Shown here in pieces: positions 36,089 to 36,493 of a stretch of 36,493 nucleotides of DNA. The position numbers and the translations under genes were made by a program. Position 1 is the first letter of the stretch, and every line of letters begins with the position of its first letter. This stretch comes from a virus. Its lineage: Duplodnaviria; Heunggongvirae; Uroviricota; Caudoviricetes. Below the pieces are notes generated by a model. It saw only the letters and a program-made list of their open reading frames with translations. It was not told where the DNA came from and searched no databases. The stretch spans positions 1 through 36,493 of IMG/VR virus record IMGVR_UViG_2563366937_000005. The stretch is one strand, 5' to 3'.

Positions 36089-36493
36089 AAAATGTCATAT
36101 TTTTATTCTGCATCGACAAACGGATTTTATTCGACTGAATTTCACGGCACCAATATTCCTGATGATGCAGTGGAAATCTCGGAATCAGAGTGGAAAACAC
36201 TGATTAATGCACAGAGTGTAACAAAAATGATTACCTGTGGTGAGAACGGTCATCCTGTCATTGTTGACCGTCCTTCTCCAACACCAGAACAATTAGCCTT
36301 AATAAATGATGAAAAGAAATCTGCACTGATAGCAGAGGCAACGAATGTAATAGCTCCGCTTCAGGATGCGGTTGATTTAGGTATGGCAACAGATGATGAA
36401 ACGAAACTGTTACTGGCATGGAAAAAATATCGGGTGCTGCTTATGCGTGTTAATGTAGTAAAACCCGAGTGGCCTATGCATCCAAATAAATAG
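36089..36493 (+). CDS. Tail fibre assembly protein (Tfa chaperone)
   Basis: Start at the internal ATG (MSYFYSASTNGFYS...); 134 aa; ends with the conserved VVKPEWPMHP-type C-terminus; TAG stop at the window edge. Confidence 0.7.
   Translation, partial: KMSYFYSASTNGFYSTEFHGTNIPDDAVEISESEWKTLINAQSVTKMITCGENGHPVIVDRPSPTPEQLALINDEKKSALIAEATNVIAPLQDAVDLGMATDDETKLLLAWKKYRVLLMRVNVVKPEWPMHPNK

Larger units (their letters stand above)
1430..36493. mobile_element. Lambdoid-mosaic prophage integrated at thrW (left end only; right end lies beyond the window)
   Basis: Continuous phage gene order from integrase at the tRNA 3' end through immunity, replication, nin, Q, lysis, terminase, head and contractile-tail modules to the tail fibre assembly gene at the window edge. 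The left boundary is approximate, since the att core is inside the tRNA 3' end. Confidence 0.85.

Noticed and set aside
1-36493. Insertion sequences or transposases, rRNA, or additional tRNAs
   Set aside because: No transposase-like ORF, terminal inverted repeats flanking a transposase, rRNA-like sequence or further cloverleaf candidates were seen; the only tRNA is thrW.

Overview
This window is the left junction and about 35 kb of a temperate prophage integrated at the host tRNA-Thr gene thrW, directly downstream of chromosomal proA; everything after base ~1454 is prophage. All calls come from reading the supplied sequence and ORF track and comparing to protein families from memory; no database search was run. 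Gene order is lambdoid: attL in the thrW 3' end, a P22-type integrase and excisionase, a leftward early operon resembling the E. coli CPS-53 yfdP-yfdT block, then a cI-like repressor, cro and a CII-like gene. These are followed by a replication initiator with internal iteron-like repeats, a nin-like block (a LexA-DNA-binding-domain-only protein, RusA, KilA-N, a DUF968-like protein), a QuuD-like Q antiterminator, a lambda-type lysis cassette, an HK97-type head module and a Mu-like contractile tail module. The overall mosaic resembles SfV-like thrW prophages of Shigella/E. coli. The most interesting locus is an AT-rich two-gene operon on the opposite strand, wedged between Q and the holin at 13101-15490. 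It encodes an NdpA/YejK-like (NA37 family) protein translationally coupled to a 408-aa protein with two C-terminal transmembrane helices, which I flag as a candidate undescribed defence or exclusion cassette. Other points worth a second look are a second AT-rich moron after the lysis genes, a structured 560-bp GC-rich non-coding region in a phage that has no recognisable N gene, a probable -1 programmed frameshift in the tail chaperone, and two small genes missing from the ORF track.
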